Source: Tubulanus polymorphus (lineage: Eukaryota > Animalia > Nemertea). From it: DNA of 64,000 bases. A program made the position numbers and the translations under genes. Within the stretch, counting starts at the first letter, position 1; the number at the start of each line of letters is the position of its first letter. The stretch spans positions 10,873,950 to 10,937,949 of the forward strand of contig NC_134026.1 in NCBI RefSeq assembly GCF_964204645.1, given 5' to 3'. Of the stretch, positions 25,740 through 38,341 are shown one piece after another. Under the pieces are notes generated by a model. That model made no database searches and was not told where the DNA came from. It saw nothing but the letters and a program-made list of their open reading frames with translations.

Positions 25740-27693
25740 ATGGCGGACGTGTTAGAACGTATTAGATTACTATCACTAAATTGCAACGGCTTAGTTTACT
25801 CGAATGCTCGAATTTTTGGCATTTTTGAAAGACTTAAACACTACTCACATATCGAATGACTATGAAGTTCAAAAAATATTTAAGCCCTTGAGGAAAGATT
25901 TTGAAATTATATCTAATATTATAAACGAAAGAAAATGTGGGGTAACCATTGGTATTCGAAAATCTTTAGACTATACAATTTTAGATAAGACTGTAGATAG
26001 ACAAGGGAGATTGATATCCTTGAAAATATCCCTATTCAGCCAAATTTACAATATCGTTAACATATATGCCCCAAATAAGGAACGTGATAGGAAAATTTTC
26101 ATAAGCAATATCAGTAATTATCTTAATATAAACCCTAATGAGCATACAATAATAGCCGGAGACTTTAATTGTATAGAAAGTCCCATAGATCGTGATTCAA
26201 CATCCGTCAATTCATCAATACGTAGTGGTTCAGAACAATTAGCTAATTTATGTCAACAAAACAGATTAGCAGACGCTTACAGACTTAAAAACCCAGACAC
26301 ACCAGCTTTCTCTCGAGTAGCAAAACGCAATAACAACGCCATTAAAACAATAATAGATCGATTCTATGTATCAGACACTTTACAGCCAGACATAGAACAG
26401 GTGAAACATATCAACTCTATTCATTCCGATCACAAGATCGTCGAATTGACAATTAACACTTCTCAAGTCAAACGTGGCAAGGGATACTGGCATCTCAACA
26501 AAGAACTACTTAAAAACCCTAATTACATCACTGTGATAACAGAATTTTGGAATCAATGGCAAAATCACAAACAGTTTTATGAATCGATTATTGAATGGTG
26601 GGAAGAGGGCAAAATTCAAATAAAACAAAGATCTATAAAATTTGCATTAGAACTCCGCAGAATTAAAAACAATCTTAAGAAATCATTAGAATCTGAATTA
26701 TTCATTCTCGAAAAACTTTCTGATTTAGGAGTAAACACTAACCAAAATCAAATTGAATATCTTACCAAGCGTATTCGTGACTTCGACATTGAAAAAGCAA
26801 AAAGTGCAATGATAAGATCTAAAATTGAGTGGAGAGAATTTGGGGAGAAAACAAGTACCTTCTTTGCAAATTATGAAAAACAACGCGCTAAAAAGAATCA
26901 CATCAGGACTCTCAAAAACATTCTGGGTGAAATTAAAACTGGTCAAAAAGACATTGAAAAAATTCAACTAAAATTTTATAAAGACTTATATAGAAAAGAA
27001 GAAACGGATTTAGAAACCCAAAATCTATTCCTGAGTAATCTACCTAAAATTTCTAATCAAAAGAAACTCCAGCATGACTCCGTAATAGATATCAATGAAT
27101 TAACAAATTCAGTCAAAACTTTCCAAAATAATAAATCCCCTGGTATAGACGGACTACCTATTGAATTTTATAGAATATTTTGGCATACTCTCCAAAATGA
27201 CTTTCTACAATTAGTACATGCGTGTATACAAGAAAATAGACTTTCTAAATCAATGCAAACTGGTATTATTTCATTAATTCATAAGAAAAATGACAAAACA
27301 GACTTGAAAAATTGGAGAACAATCTCATTACTATGTACAGATTACAAAATATTCACAAAAGTTCTCGCTAACAGATTAATTAACTGTCTAACAGACATAA
27401 TACACCCAGACCAGACATGTAGCGTAAAGGGACGTCGAATTCAAGACAATGGTCATATCATAAGAGACTTAATTGATTACGTTAATAATGATAATTTAGA
27501 AGCATTTTTAGTGACCATCGATCAAATGAAAGCTTTTGATCGTGTTGACTGGCAATATATGTTTAAAACTTTAGAATCTTTCGGTTTTGGAGAAAATCTA
27601 ATTCGGTACATCAAGACTTGCTATTCAAATCCAAAATCCAGAATTAAAAGTAACGGCTTCTTAACTAAACCCTTCACCTTAGAAAGAGGCGTA
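25740..27693 (+). pseudogene. Tx1/L1 ORF2 N-terminal part: APE endonuclease + RT start
   Basis: MADVLERIRLLSLNCNGL (frameshift near 25800), NIYAPN, AGDFN, IDRFY, SDH, KSPGIDGLP, NWRTISLL, DQMKAFDRVDW; ends FTLERGV at the insertion. Confidence 0.92.
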
Positions 27694-27812
27694 GTTTAGT
27701 TTAGTTTAGTTTATTGCTCCAAAAAAGATATACAATTTTTCCGAGCATAACAAAATAGTATGAATAGTATAAATATAAAAGCTGGCAAATTTATACATAT
27801 TAATAGCCCTAG

Positions 27813-30800
27813 CTATAACAACCGTGTAGCAGTCGTAATGTATTTAGATAGACTGTAATACAGGTTTTCATTACTGAGCAATTGCTTGAATTTATAATGA
27901 TTTGCGCCAATTCTATATCTGTTAGGTATATACAAAATTCTTAAAGCGTTGAAAAATTCGCACTTCAGTATGAAATGATATTCGTCCCCAATAGTATTCT
28001 CGTTACATTTATTACAAACTCGTTCGTTCCGTGGTTTGTTTTCATATCTACCAGTCTCTATTGGTAATTTATGGTTGGAACATCTAAATCTACATAGTGA
28101 GATTCTTAAACTTCGTGGTAGTGATGAAAGATATTTTTCTTGTCCCCAATCAGTTTTAAATATTCTATACGTATCTAATTTAGAGGATAGTACCATCGAT
28201 CCATGCCATGTCTGTTTAAATTGATCTTCTAATCTAAGTTTTACGAGTTCCCCAAGGTAGGGAATATTCGGAAAAGTTTGTTCCAACCATATATTACCAA
28301 GACCACAATTCTGTAAGATTGATTTGATACAGGATATCCATTTACTTTGCGAACCATTTAAATGACTATTATAAAGAATGCGGTACATTTTACCAGAGTA
28401 TGTCTCTTCATGCAGGATCAAGTGTCCCCAAAATTTTACCATACGAACTTTGATACGAATTTCAAATGGAAACCTTCCTGTCTCACCGTATATCATCAAA
28501 TTTGGTGTTGACCTCTTGAGGCTTAGCAGATATTTACAAAATGTTAAATGAATTTTTTCAATAACATCAAAATTTCCAAAGCCCCACACCTCACAACCAA
28601 ATGTTAAAATCGATCCAACCATTGCGTCAAAGACTTGGAAAGCAGTATCAAAGTCAAGAGAAAAATGTTGAACTTTCTTAAGAACAAATATAAGCGCCTT
28701 CTTTGCGTGTTCACAAATCAGCTTTTTACATTTTGCAAAGTTTCCTGTATAATTAAAAAGCACACCTAAATATTTAAATTCAGATACAGTTTCGATTAAT
28801 ACTCCATCGATATTAAATACGGGTTGTCTAATAGACTTCCTTTTTTCGAATACAATGGCTTTAGTTTTACTAATATTGATTACTAATTTCCACCTTTTAC
28901 AATAAGCGACCAACATATCGAGGTTTTTCTGAAGTGCACTTGCACTATCGGCCAATAAGATCGTATCATCTGCGTACAGCAGAACTAGTAGCTGAACCCA
29001 TAGATCTTCGTTTTCGAAGGGAGATGAAATCCCTTGACAACCACTTTCAATTAATGAAGCCTCAAGGTCATTGACAAATATAGAAAAAAGCACTGGCGAT
29101 AAATTTTCCCCTTGTCTCAATCCTATGTTACTAAGAAAACAACCTGAGGATTGACCCTGCACGTGAACCATGGATTTGATATGTTTATACATATTATGAA
29201 TTACGTTTAGGATATTTCCGGTGATACCTGTTGAGATAAGTTTGTGCCACAGTGCCTTTCGCCATATTGTATCAAATGCCTTTTGGTAGTCAATAAAAAT
29301 ACAATAGAGCTTTCGCTTCTTACTAAAAAGGGTGTCAATTACTGAGTGAAGGGTGAAAATGTGATCCAAAATGCTATGATTTTTTCGAAATCCGGCTTGA
29401 TTTCTATTCAGGAGTTCATTTGATTCAAGAAATTCATGGAGACGATCGTTTAATATACTTGTGAATAACTTACTAATACAACTCAGTAATGTGATTCCCC
29501 GATAATTGTCCGGATCACGTGGCTCGCCTTTGTTCTTAAAAATAGGTGTAACTTTACCAATTGTCCAGTTCTCAGGGATAATCCCAGTTTCCAGGACCTT
29601 ATTAAAGAGATTGACTAAAGTGGGCATTATTATATCTTCAGAGGTTTTAAGGAATTCGTTCAGTATCTCGTCACATCCAGGTGCCTTGTTATTCTTAAGT
29701 TTCTTTATACATTTAGAAATTTCCGATTCCGTAATGACTCGATTGAGGGCGTCGTCATTGTCAACATCGATAAAGTTATTTACATCAAAATAATTACTAT
29801 CATCGTCGTCGTCTGTTGGTATTTGATTTAGTTTTGAAAAATGATGAAAAAGGTCGGATAGGGAGGCTTTACAAACATTTTGTTTGGCTTTAGAAAAAAA
29901 CTTCCAATAAGCTCTTGGATCGGTTTTCGACAGTTTTTTCAAAAGGTTATTTTGATCCAAAAGGTATTTTTTTGTTTCGCTTTTTTAATAGCCAAATTGT
30001 ATTTCCTATAAGCCAAATTCATGTGTGTTCTTCGTTGTGGTGTTGGGTGTCTTTTACAGCTCTTTCTTGCTCGCCTATAACATTTTCGGTGTTTTAAAAC
30101 TTCAGGGTCAGATAAAAACGGCTTTTTACGATTATTTTTTGAAACAATCTTTTTTCTACCCATTGTACGTTCGGAAGCTCCAATCAATGTCTCCGTTAAA
30201 ATATTATTCGCAGTTTCACAATTTATTTTGTTATCGTTTAGATCAAGATTTAACTGACTTAATTTCTGTTGGTCAATAGCATTCCTAAAGAGACCCTCTT
30301 TATCTTTTGACCACCGGATTTTGCCCTTCTCTCTGGGTGGTAGAAACTCATTCCTTTCAATATTACAATCTGAGGCTAGAGTACAATAAATAGCACAATG
30401 AACATCGGACAGTATACGGTCAAGTCCATAACATTAAAATCAGAGCATTTCGTGAAAAGTTCAGCTGACATTAAAATATAATCCACAACATGATGATTTA
30501 CGCCCTTTACACAAGTAAATTCTCCAACGCCCTGATCTTTTCCTAATCTTCCATTTGCTACAAATATATTATGATTTTTACACAGCTCTAATAATCGATA
30601 ACCCCAGTTATTCACGTATTTGTCCTTATTTTTTCTGCTTAAAAAACCACCATTTATCATTACAGCTAGACTATTAGCAGATTCATGGAATATCTCATTT
30701 ATAGCTAGAATATTAATCAAATTTTCATCATGCACAACGTAATCCGGTAACTCTAAAATGTAAATGTATTATTATCTGACGTTAAATTAATCATATCTGT

Positions 30801-31202
30801 ATCTAGTTGGTCAAACATTTCAGTTTTTCCGTAACTACTCGACACCGGTGGTATGTATACACCTCCCAAGGTCAGGTTTTTATCCCAACCTAAGTACGAC
30901 TTATTCAGTTCAACCCAAAGTACATGGCTTGATGTTTTTGGTAGAACTTTAACATAGCTATTAAGATCTTTCCTTATGGCAATTAATATACCCCCCGATT
31001 TTCTCAGAGCTAATTTAAATCTATTGTTCATTACCACATAGAAACCAAGCGTATCAAAATATTCTTTGACCCATAATTCGTCTGTTTCATCAATTTTAGT
31101 TTCTGTTAATACAATAATATCTGCGAGTGTACAAAAGTTGTTGAAATCCAAGGAGTCTATCTTTGTTTTTAATCCACCGACGTTTAAACTATATAACCGC
31201 AA
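27813..31202 (-). pseudogene. RTE-X-like ORF2 (APE endonuclease frameshifted; 715-aa RT portion open)
   Basis: SLNVGGL, LTETK, GVYIPP, VVDY; KAPGCD, NYRGITLL, DYQKAFD, GLRQGENLSP, LLYADD; C-terminal HKLPIETGR...CNKC...DEYHFILKC. Confidence 0.9.
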
Positions 31203-31253
31203 CTTATCAAAGTTAGGAAGGCCAGACGATTGTATGTTACGCTCGACAGTTTC

Positions 31254-32522
31254 CTATTCGTTTTCTAACGCGGCTCGCGCATTCGAAATTATATCGCTTA
31301 GATCGATGAGATTGTTATTCGCATTGGGGGATTTGGGATTTAACGGTTGATCTAGGGTGAGCATCGTATCATCAGGCTCTAACATTTCGTTAACAGAGGG
31401 TGTCTTTGTTTTTGTGCTGTCCATCGGGTTTTCTGCCGTTGGTGTCGGATTGTCCACCGGTTTTTGTTGGTTTTTCGGTTGGTGTTCTGCGGCGATAGTG
31501 GGGTTTTGGACTGCCTGATCGGCCAGGCTTCGGCTGTGCGTATTCGCTCCTGTCGGTGGTGATCTCATGTTTGGTTTTCCGTTACCCACTGGTGACCAAC
31601 GCGTAACTTTCACTATTTCGCTATCGATAACTTTGAATGAATCTGATTTATACACTAACCTATCATACGTAACAAATGCTTTCACGTGGGGTTCTTTCGC
31701 TTTGATTTCACGTAGCTTATCGAGGAGAATTTTGCGTTTCGCTCGTATTTCCAGTGGAAAATCCTCATAAATTCGGATTTTCGTATCTGTAATTGCATTT
31801 TTCCGCGCTTGATAGACTGAAGTGCGATCGCAATAATCTCTAAACTTAACGGTTATAGATCGCGGCAACTTGGTGTTTGGGCCCACGTAAGTAGGGTTCC
31901 TATGTGCTCGCTGGAATACCATATTTGTAACCTGTGTTCTATCCATCTGAAATGAATTTATAAGCGATTCGTGAATTTGTAATTCGCAATTCATATCTGA
32001 TTCTGGCACTCCTACAAAAACAAGGTTGCTACGGCGTGCTCTCGCTTCTTGGTCGATTAGACGGTCTTCGAGCAATCGCAATCTTTGACCACTCGGCTGA
32101 CGTGTAGTTGTTTTTTCTAAATCGCATATTTTGCTACTGAATTCGTTTCTTAGTTCGGTTCTCAGTTCGTCTTTCGCATTTTGTATTTGGAAATCAATGT
32201 TTTTTTCGATTTCAGTTTTGTATAACTCCATCTCTTGTTTGAGCTGATTAAACTTACAGTCGATCTTCCTTTCGAGAGTAATTTTCATCTTGCGTATCTC
32301 ATTTAGTAGCATTTTGTTGGAGATTTCATCATCCTCGGCGTCTGTTTGATATTCGCTCTCACTGCCCATATGATCCTCTGTTGCGCATTTTTTTGATGGA
32401 TTGGGAGCGTCGCCAGAGGTATTTAGGGAGCCTTCTGAGCGATCTCTTTTTTTGCGGTTTTCCTCAGTAGAAGGCTGCTCTGTTTCCGTCTGCTTACTAG
32501 CACTATCTTTAGGAGTTGCCAC
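31254..32522 (-). CDS. LINE ORF1 with coiled coil and L1-type RRM/CTD (422 aa; start reads GTG)
   Basis: LEDRLIDQEARARRSNLVFVGVPE...FQRAHR...PRSITVKF...IYEDFP. Confidence 0.85.
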   Translation of the reverse strand: MATPKDSASKQTETEQPSTEENRKKRDRSEGSLNTSGDAPNPSKKCATEDHMGSESEYQTDAEDDEISNKMLLNEIRKMKITLERKIDCKFNQLKQEMELYKTEIEKNIDFQIQNAKDELRTELRNEFSSKICDLEKTTTRQPSGQRLRLLEDRLIDQEARARRSNLVFVGVPESDMNCELQIHESLINSFQMDRTQVTNMVFQRAHRNPTYVGPNTKLPRSITVKFRDYCDRTSVYQARKNAITDTKIRIYEDFPLEIRAKRKILLDKLREIKAKEPHVKAFVTYDRLVYKSDSFKVIDSEIVKVTRWSPVGNGKPNMRSPPTGANTHSRSLADQAVQNPTIAAEHQPKNQQKPVDNPTPTAENPMDSTKTKTPSVNEMLEPDDTMLTLDQPLNPKSPNANNNLIDLSDIISNARAALENE

Positions 32523-32934
32523 CGATTTACATTTCGAATTTTGTGACTTTTTTTGGGTGCAGTATTTACTGTCGAATTGACTCCTCGTGGTTTAGGCCCC
32601 ATTTTAGCGGTTTATAGTCAGTGTTACAAGCTGTAAACGCAGTCAAGCGGAACGAGTGATTGTGTTGAATCTCTGTACTGAACGTTTATATATGGCCGTG
32701 TGGAAATAACCAAGTTCAAATTTGGAGGCTTTGAGAGTTTAAAGTTCTAATTACAGCATTAACGGATGAGATAGAAGCAGTATATTCTTACATGTTCGTT
32801 TCACTGAGCATCAATACTATCATTTCCAACGAGTAAGCAGGACGATTTTTCCGTTAAACGAGCTAAAACGTCAACTTTGTTGGAGAGATTTCCCTCGTGC
32901 GTTCTTGTATACAAATAGCGGAAGTATACACGTA

Positions 32935-34770
32935 AGACAGGGATGTCCCATGAGCGCAATACTCTACATAATAGCAGCGGAACCATTAGAAATTAAAATA
33001 CGCGAAAACAACAATATCAAAGGAGTAAAACTACCAGATGACACAGAAATTAAAATCAAACAATTTGCAGATGACACTACATTATGTCTAACCGACTTAG
33101 AATCATTGAATCAAGTCCTTACAACCTTAACTCTGTTTGAAAGAGCATCAGGTGCAAAAATTAATAAAGATAAAACTGAGTGTATGTGGATAGGATCTTG
33201 GAAAGCTAGAAACGATAAACCTTTAGACTTAAATTGGAAGAAATCAATGAAAATTTATGGAATTCATTTCGGCAATGAAAATACTGATGATTTAAACTGG
33301 AATCCGAAAATAAATAAAATTCAAAATATCATAAATCTTTGGCGCCAAACTAAATTATCTTTACATGGCAAAAAGGTTGTCATAAACTCTTTTATACTAC
33401 CTATATTATGGTACACTTCCGAGATTTTTCCAATTCCAGATAAATATATCAAAATCTTTGAACCAAAAATCATCAATTTCCTATGGGATAATGGAAAACG
33501 CCTTGTCAGTAAAGACATAATACATAAAAAAATCGAACACGGAGGTCTCGACTTACACAACATTAAATACAGACAACAAACGCAGGCAATTAAGACGATA
33601 ATAAACCACGCTCTAAAACCAACACACTGGAAACCACTTATCAACTACAATCTGCAAAAATATCTAGGCCCAGGCTGGAATATTTCAAACATCATTCACA
33701 ATGAAATACCCAAAAAAGTCATTACAAATGACTACTACAGACATTTATTAAAATCATGTACAGTTTTTCAACAACATCTAGTTACAACTGAGACCATTAC
33801 CGAAATTCTGCAAAAACCTATTTTTGGCAACCCAAAAATTAAGCTCAACAAGAAAACCAATTTCACAGAATACATACATCACGGTATAATCAATCTACGA
33901 CATCTATTCGATAATCGTGGAAACTACAAAGCATTTAACGAAATTCCATTAACAAATAAATTTAAACACACATGTATATACAATGCGATACCGCAACATT
34001 GGAAACTAATTCTGTCTGACCAAAATTTAGATCCCGATGAATTACCAAAAATCTATGTACAATTTGGTTATATAGTGTGCACTATAGGAAAACTTTTATC
34101 ATCTCAAATTTATCGAATTCTATTATTAAAAAATCTCCATCAAATCACACCGATAGGGCAAACCAAAATTACTGAAATGTTAAATGCTGATCTGAACTGG
34201 CCGGAAATTTGGAATGAAGTTGAAAATAAATAAATTGATAGACGATTTAGTGATATTCATTGGAAATTAATGCATAATACTCTGGCAACAGCTTCAAAAC
34301 TAGTACTTTGGAAAATAAAAACTGATCCAAATTGTAAAATTTGTGGACGCGCGGCAACGAATGACCATGTAGTATTCTCATGCACAGAACCACAGCAATT
34401 ATATTCATCTATACAACCAATCATACAACGCATACTAGACACACCAATAAATATCACTCAAGACATCGTCTACACAGGAATTACTAAAACAATAGAAAGA
34501 GATTTCTTCAAACGCACACTCGCGAACTACCTTTTGTTTCTTGCACAATCCATTTTGTACAAAAATCACTACAATTTAGAACAAGGCTCTGGCCGCATCA
34601 ACACTATAATTTATTTCAAAAACTCGCTAATAGATCGCCTAAACCAAGAAATCATGCTTCAACAAAACCTTCATATTTGGACTCTTAACAATGTACTTAT
34701 ACACCTGGATGCAAACGGACTGAATGCAGTAAACAGAATCACAATCGACACCATTAGCGTAGTCTATTAA
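32935..34770 (+). pseudogene. Tx1/L1 ORF2 C-terminal part: RT + CCHC zinc finger, one in-frame stop at 34231-34233
   Basis: RQGCPMSAILY, QFADD, SGAKIN, GGL, CKIC...HVVFSC; in frame with 25804.. once the insertion is removed. Confidence 0.92.
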
Positions 34771-36046
34771 TTAAACCCAACGCCTTTTTTATTACTTACA
34801 CCTACATATCCCGACTTTGACACTTGAGGTATGTTCTGATTTAGATCGAACAGGGATGACGGTCTATCAATACGCATAGAACTGTCTGACCACTTTTGCT
34901 CTATATCATCACATACGTATTAGTTTATTAGTTTACTGTTTCTGATGTTTTGACTGTAAGCTCAGTCTCATTGCCACGATAGCTGGAACGCTGCCTCCGT
35001 TTGTGACCTTAGGATAGCAAGCTCAGTCTATCTACGCGCAATGGTGACTGGAAAGTTGCCTCTTGACATCAGTCTCATTAAAAGCTACCAAAAATCTAAT
35101 AGTGACAATGTAAATAAAACCCGATCAAGATTGTATATATGTAAGTGTACAAACATGTATTCACGTGTCTGTGCCGCTTTCTTACTGACGGTCTATCAAT
35201 ACGCATAGCACTGTCCGTTTGATTGCGATACATTCACGGACCTAACTCACTGTATATTAGAAACACATAACTGCTCCCAGTGTAAAACTTATACTTTTAG
35301 GCAAATTCAGCACCAGATGTGAAGTACCAACTGCGCACCCCTTGACGGAGAAACCCATCCTAATCGGAGCTGCACCGTCGATGTCATACAACTACACTTC
35401 GGATACCCCAGGGCCATACTCTCATCTGGAAAATTTGCTTTTCGAAATGTGCTTTCTTCCTATCTAGTCAACACGCGGGATCATCAACTTAGAGGACTTC
35501 TACATCAACATCTACCCGAGGAAAAAAACCACACTAAACTATCGGACTATTTACACGTAGAAAACGACCAAAAAAATATAAAAATGGACAAAATGATCTT
35601 GTAATATAGCTATTTCCAGAATCTCATTGTATTAAATTAGGCAGCCAGAAAAATTCATCCAAATCAGTCGCTTGCCGGTTCAGACTGAATGGAAGATTGT
35701 TTGGATGAACCGGAACCGAATTTCCAATTATGTACTTCGATTTTAAAATATTCTGTTTACTCGACCGCCGATCACACATCTATATCTGTACTTCGATTTC
35801 CGATTTCAAAATCAAACCCCCTCTTTCGCTCCCGGCAGGTGTGGTGGGTCTGTAAGGGACACTCAATCGAAAAATCAAACAAAATTAACCAGCCAAATAA
35901 ATAAATAATGGGGACAATCCCTATTTTAAGATCGAAAAAAAAAAGATAAACAATAACAGTGAGCACGTGCTGAAATTGCCGATTTAAAAGTCACATTTCT
36001 CAGTAATAGCTGAACTGAATTTCAAACCAGTTCCATATTTGATATT

Positions 36047-36211
36047 TATTTTATTATTCTTTATTCACGAATTAAATTACACTAGAAAATTACAACAAGA
36101 TAATATAATAAAATAATGTAATTCAAGTCGATGGACACCAGGAGAAGTTACAAACTTATATCCATGAAACATGGCCCTGGCGCCCATAGAAATCAAACAC
36201 ACGCACGCACA
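36047..36211 (-). mobile_element. Short LINE 3'-UTR fragment inside the MITE
   Basis: Absent from the MITE copy at ~6050; the minus strand has a GT-rich microsatellite, a hairpin and an AATAAA-rich tail; ATTT occurs on both sides. Confidence 0.55.
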
Positions 36212-38341
36212 CATTTGTGAATACATCACATTTGAAAATGGATTTTACACAATATTCTATTTTGATGGCATATGCTCTTTAACAATATACTTATACACCT
36301 GGACGCAAGCGGACTGAACGTAGTAAACAGAATCACAATCGACACCATTAGCGTAGTCTATTAATTAAACCCAACGCCTTTTTTAATTACTTATACCTAC
36401 ATATCCCGACTTTGACACTTGAGGTATGTTCTGATTTAGATCGAACAAGGATGACGGTCTATCAATACGCATAGAACTGTCTGGCCACTTTTGCTCTATA
36501 CCATCACATACGCATTAGTTTACTGTTTCAGATGTTTTGACTGTAAACTCAGTCTCATTGCCGCGATAGCTGGAACGCTGCCTCCGTTTTTGGCCTGAGG
36601 ATAGCAAGCTCGTCCATCTACGCGCAATGCTGACTGGAGAGTTGCCTCTTGACATCAGTCTCATTAAAAACTACCAGCCAGAAAAATTCATCCCAATCAA
36701 TCGCTTGCCGGTTCAGACTGAAGGGAATTATGTACTTCGATTTAAGAAAATTCTGTTTACTCGACTGCCGATCACACAACTATATCTGTACTTCGATTTC
36801 CGATTTCAAAATCAAACCCCCTGTTTCGCTCCCGGCAGGTGTGGTAGGTCTGTAAGGGACACTCAATCGAAAAATCAAACGAAATTTACCAACCAAATAA
36901 ATAAATAACTAACGGGGACAATCCCTATTTTAAGATAAAAAATATCGCCTTATAGACGCGGAGTTCACCGTGTATGTGTCAGTAATACGTAGATAATACG
37001 CGTTACGGAGCGGGTCGCGCGTAAGCTACAATCCACACGCTCGTTTTGTCAAAAAGGTCTTGAATTAGTGAAGAATATTATTCACGACTTTTACCATAAA
37101 AATTATCCTATTTTGAAACCATTGAAAACTTTAAGTTGGTAAACTTAATTTCGTCAGTAAGTAGTTTTAACCTCGACTGTGGCCGGTTTAGTTTGACGTT
37201 CGGATGTTTTCACATCCCATCTGATTATAAAAGCTTTAACCACCAACGATAAGGTAAATAACTTGTCAGTAACCGGCCTGTAATGCCCTCATCGTGGTTG
37301 TTTTGTATCATTCTCTCTTCGCAAAACTTAAGAACTAGATATATCCCAATACATATCTGGCGGGCGCACTTCCCAGATGAAAGTCAACTCTAAAATCTTC
37401 TCAGTTTATCCGAGTCACCCATTCTCAATTTGGCGATATATTCCACAAAAGGTTTGCAATTATTGTATTAATATCTGGTATGTTCACCGTATTGTTACAA
37501 TGTGTACGTGTATTGTAATTGTTTTGTTTTCTTTTTTCTATCTATCTATGAATATATTCTATTGTATGTTCTGCTTTGGCAATGAGGTGGAGCAATAAAC
37601 TCAACTATGAAACTAACGTCTTGCTTTCAATCCCGATTCAATGTCGTTGACGCCAACATTTCCCCGCCGTGTACAAACTTAAAAAAGTCACCCTCGTCAC
37701 TTTTGTTGGAATTTTGATTAGAGTTTTCTTTTTTCAAAAAGGGAGGTTTAAAGTAAAAACCTGCCGCCCTCGTCACTTTCCGAAAGGGTTGACGAGAAAC
37801 AATGGTATTTTTAGCGTGTCCTAGTTTTTGTATATTCAACGTTATGGCCGCAATTTAGCAGTACATCTGTTTCACTGTGCGATGAATGAACATTAAGCAA
37901 ACACGGAGTTGGTGTTATTAATGACACTTATAACGAAAGGATTTGTGCTGCCATTCGATAATTTATTGCTTTCTTTTTTTATTTTAACTGAAATCATACT
38001 GAAAATCTCAAAATGAACGGAAGCCCCATTGTTTCGTTATTGGATTGATTGACCCTTTAGTTATTGATTATGGAACTTATTCACGAGTACAGGAAGTTGG
38101 CTTGAGTTGTTGGAGCTCGAATATCTGAATAGATGGCAATAATGGTTATGTCGTTATCCTTGATAATTGGAGTTCAATCTATAAAGTTCCTTGAAGAAAA
38201 GAATACTTGACCAGCCTACAGAGGCACATTATTATTATGCCCAAAATAATCAGTACGATTTGGAGCATTCGATGAATAATCCTTATAATTTGTTGGCGCA
38301 GCTGTCCAACGCACAAAATTAGAATTTAGAATATTAAATCA

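Larger units (their letters stand above)
27694..32930 (-). mobile_element. RTE-X-like LINE, near full length, inserted antisense into the Tx1 RT
   Basis: 5' UTR, ORF1, APE, RT and a tail AATAAA(CTAAA)n. The host reads ERGV|RQGCP across it, with CGTA on both sides (27690-27693, 32931-32934). Clade assignment is from motifs only. Confidence 0.88.
24583..35942 (+). mobile_element. Full-length Tx1/L1-clade LINE (interrupted)
   Basis: ORF1, ORF2, ~1.15-kb 3' UTR and poly(A); 16-bp TSD AAGATAAACAATAACA at 24567-24582 and 35943-35958. Confidence 0.93.
23756..36278. mobile_element. Kolobok/T2-like MITE with both TIRs and TTAA TSD, expanded to 12.5 kb by insertions
   Basis: TTAA|AGGGCAAATGCCATCAAAAT ... 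ATTTTGATGGCATATGCTCT|TTAA; body matches 5512-6106. Confidence 0.9.
23630..36940 (+). mobile_element. 5'-truncated Tx1/L1 LINE copy (23630-23755 + 36283-36940), split by later insertions
   Basis: Both halves match 34576-35935 and rejoin at TTAA. Short A tail; 11-bp TSD AATATCGCCTT at 23619-23629 and 36941-36951. Confidence 0.9.

Noticed and set aside
32905-32934. Listed start MYTNSGSIH of the 442-aa ORF
   Set aside because: It derives from the 5' end of the inserted antisense LINE; the true frame continues from 27693.
35814-35862. Tx1 3' motif as a hammerhead ribozyme (reverse-strand CGAAA)
   Set aside because: No CUGANGA core at a compatible position on either strand.
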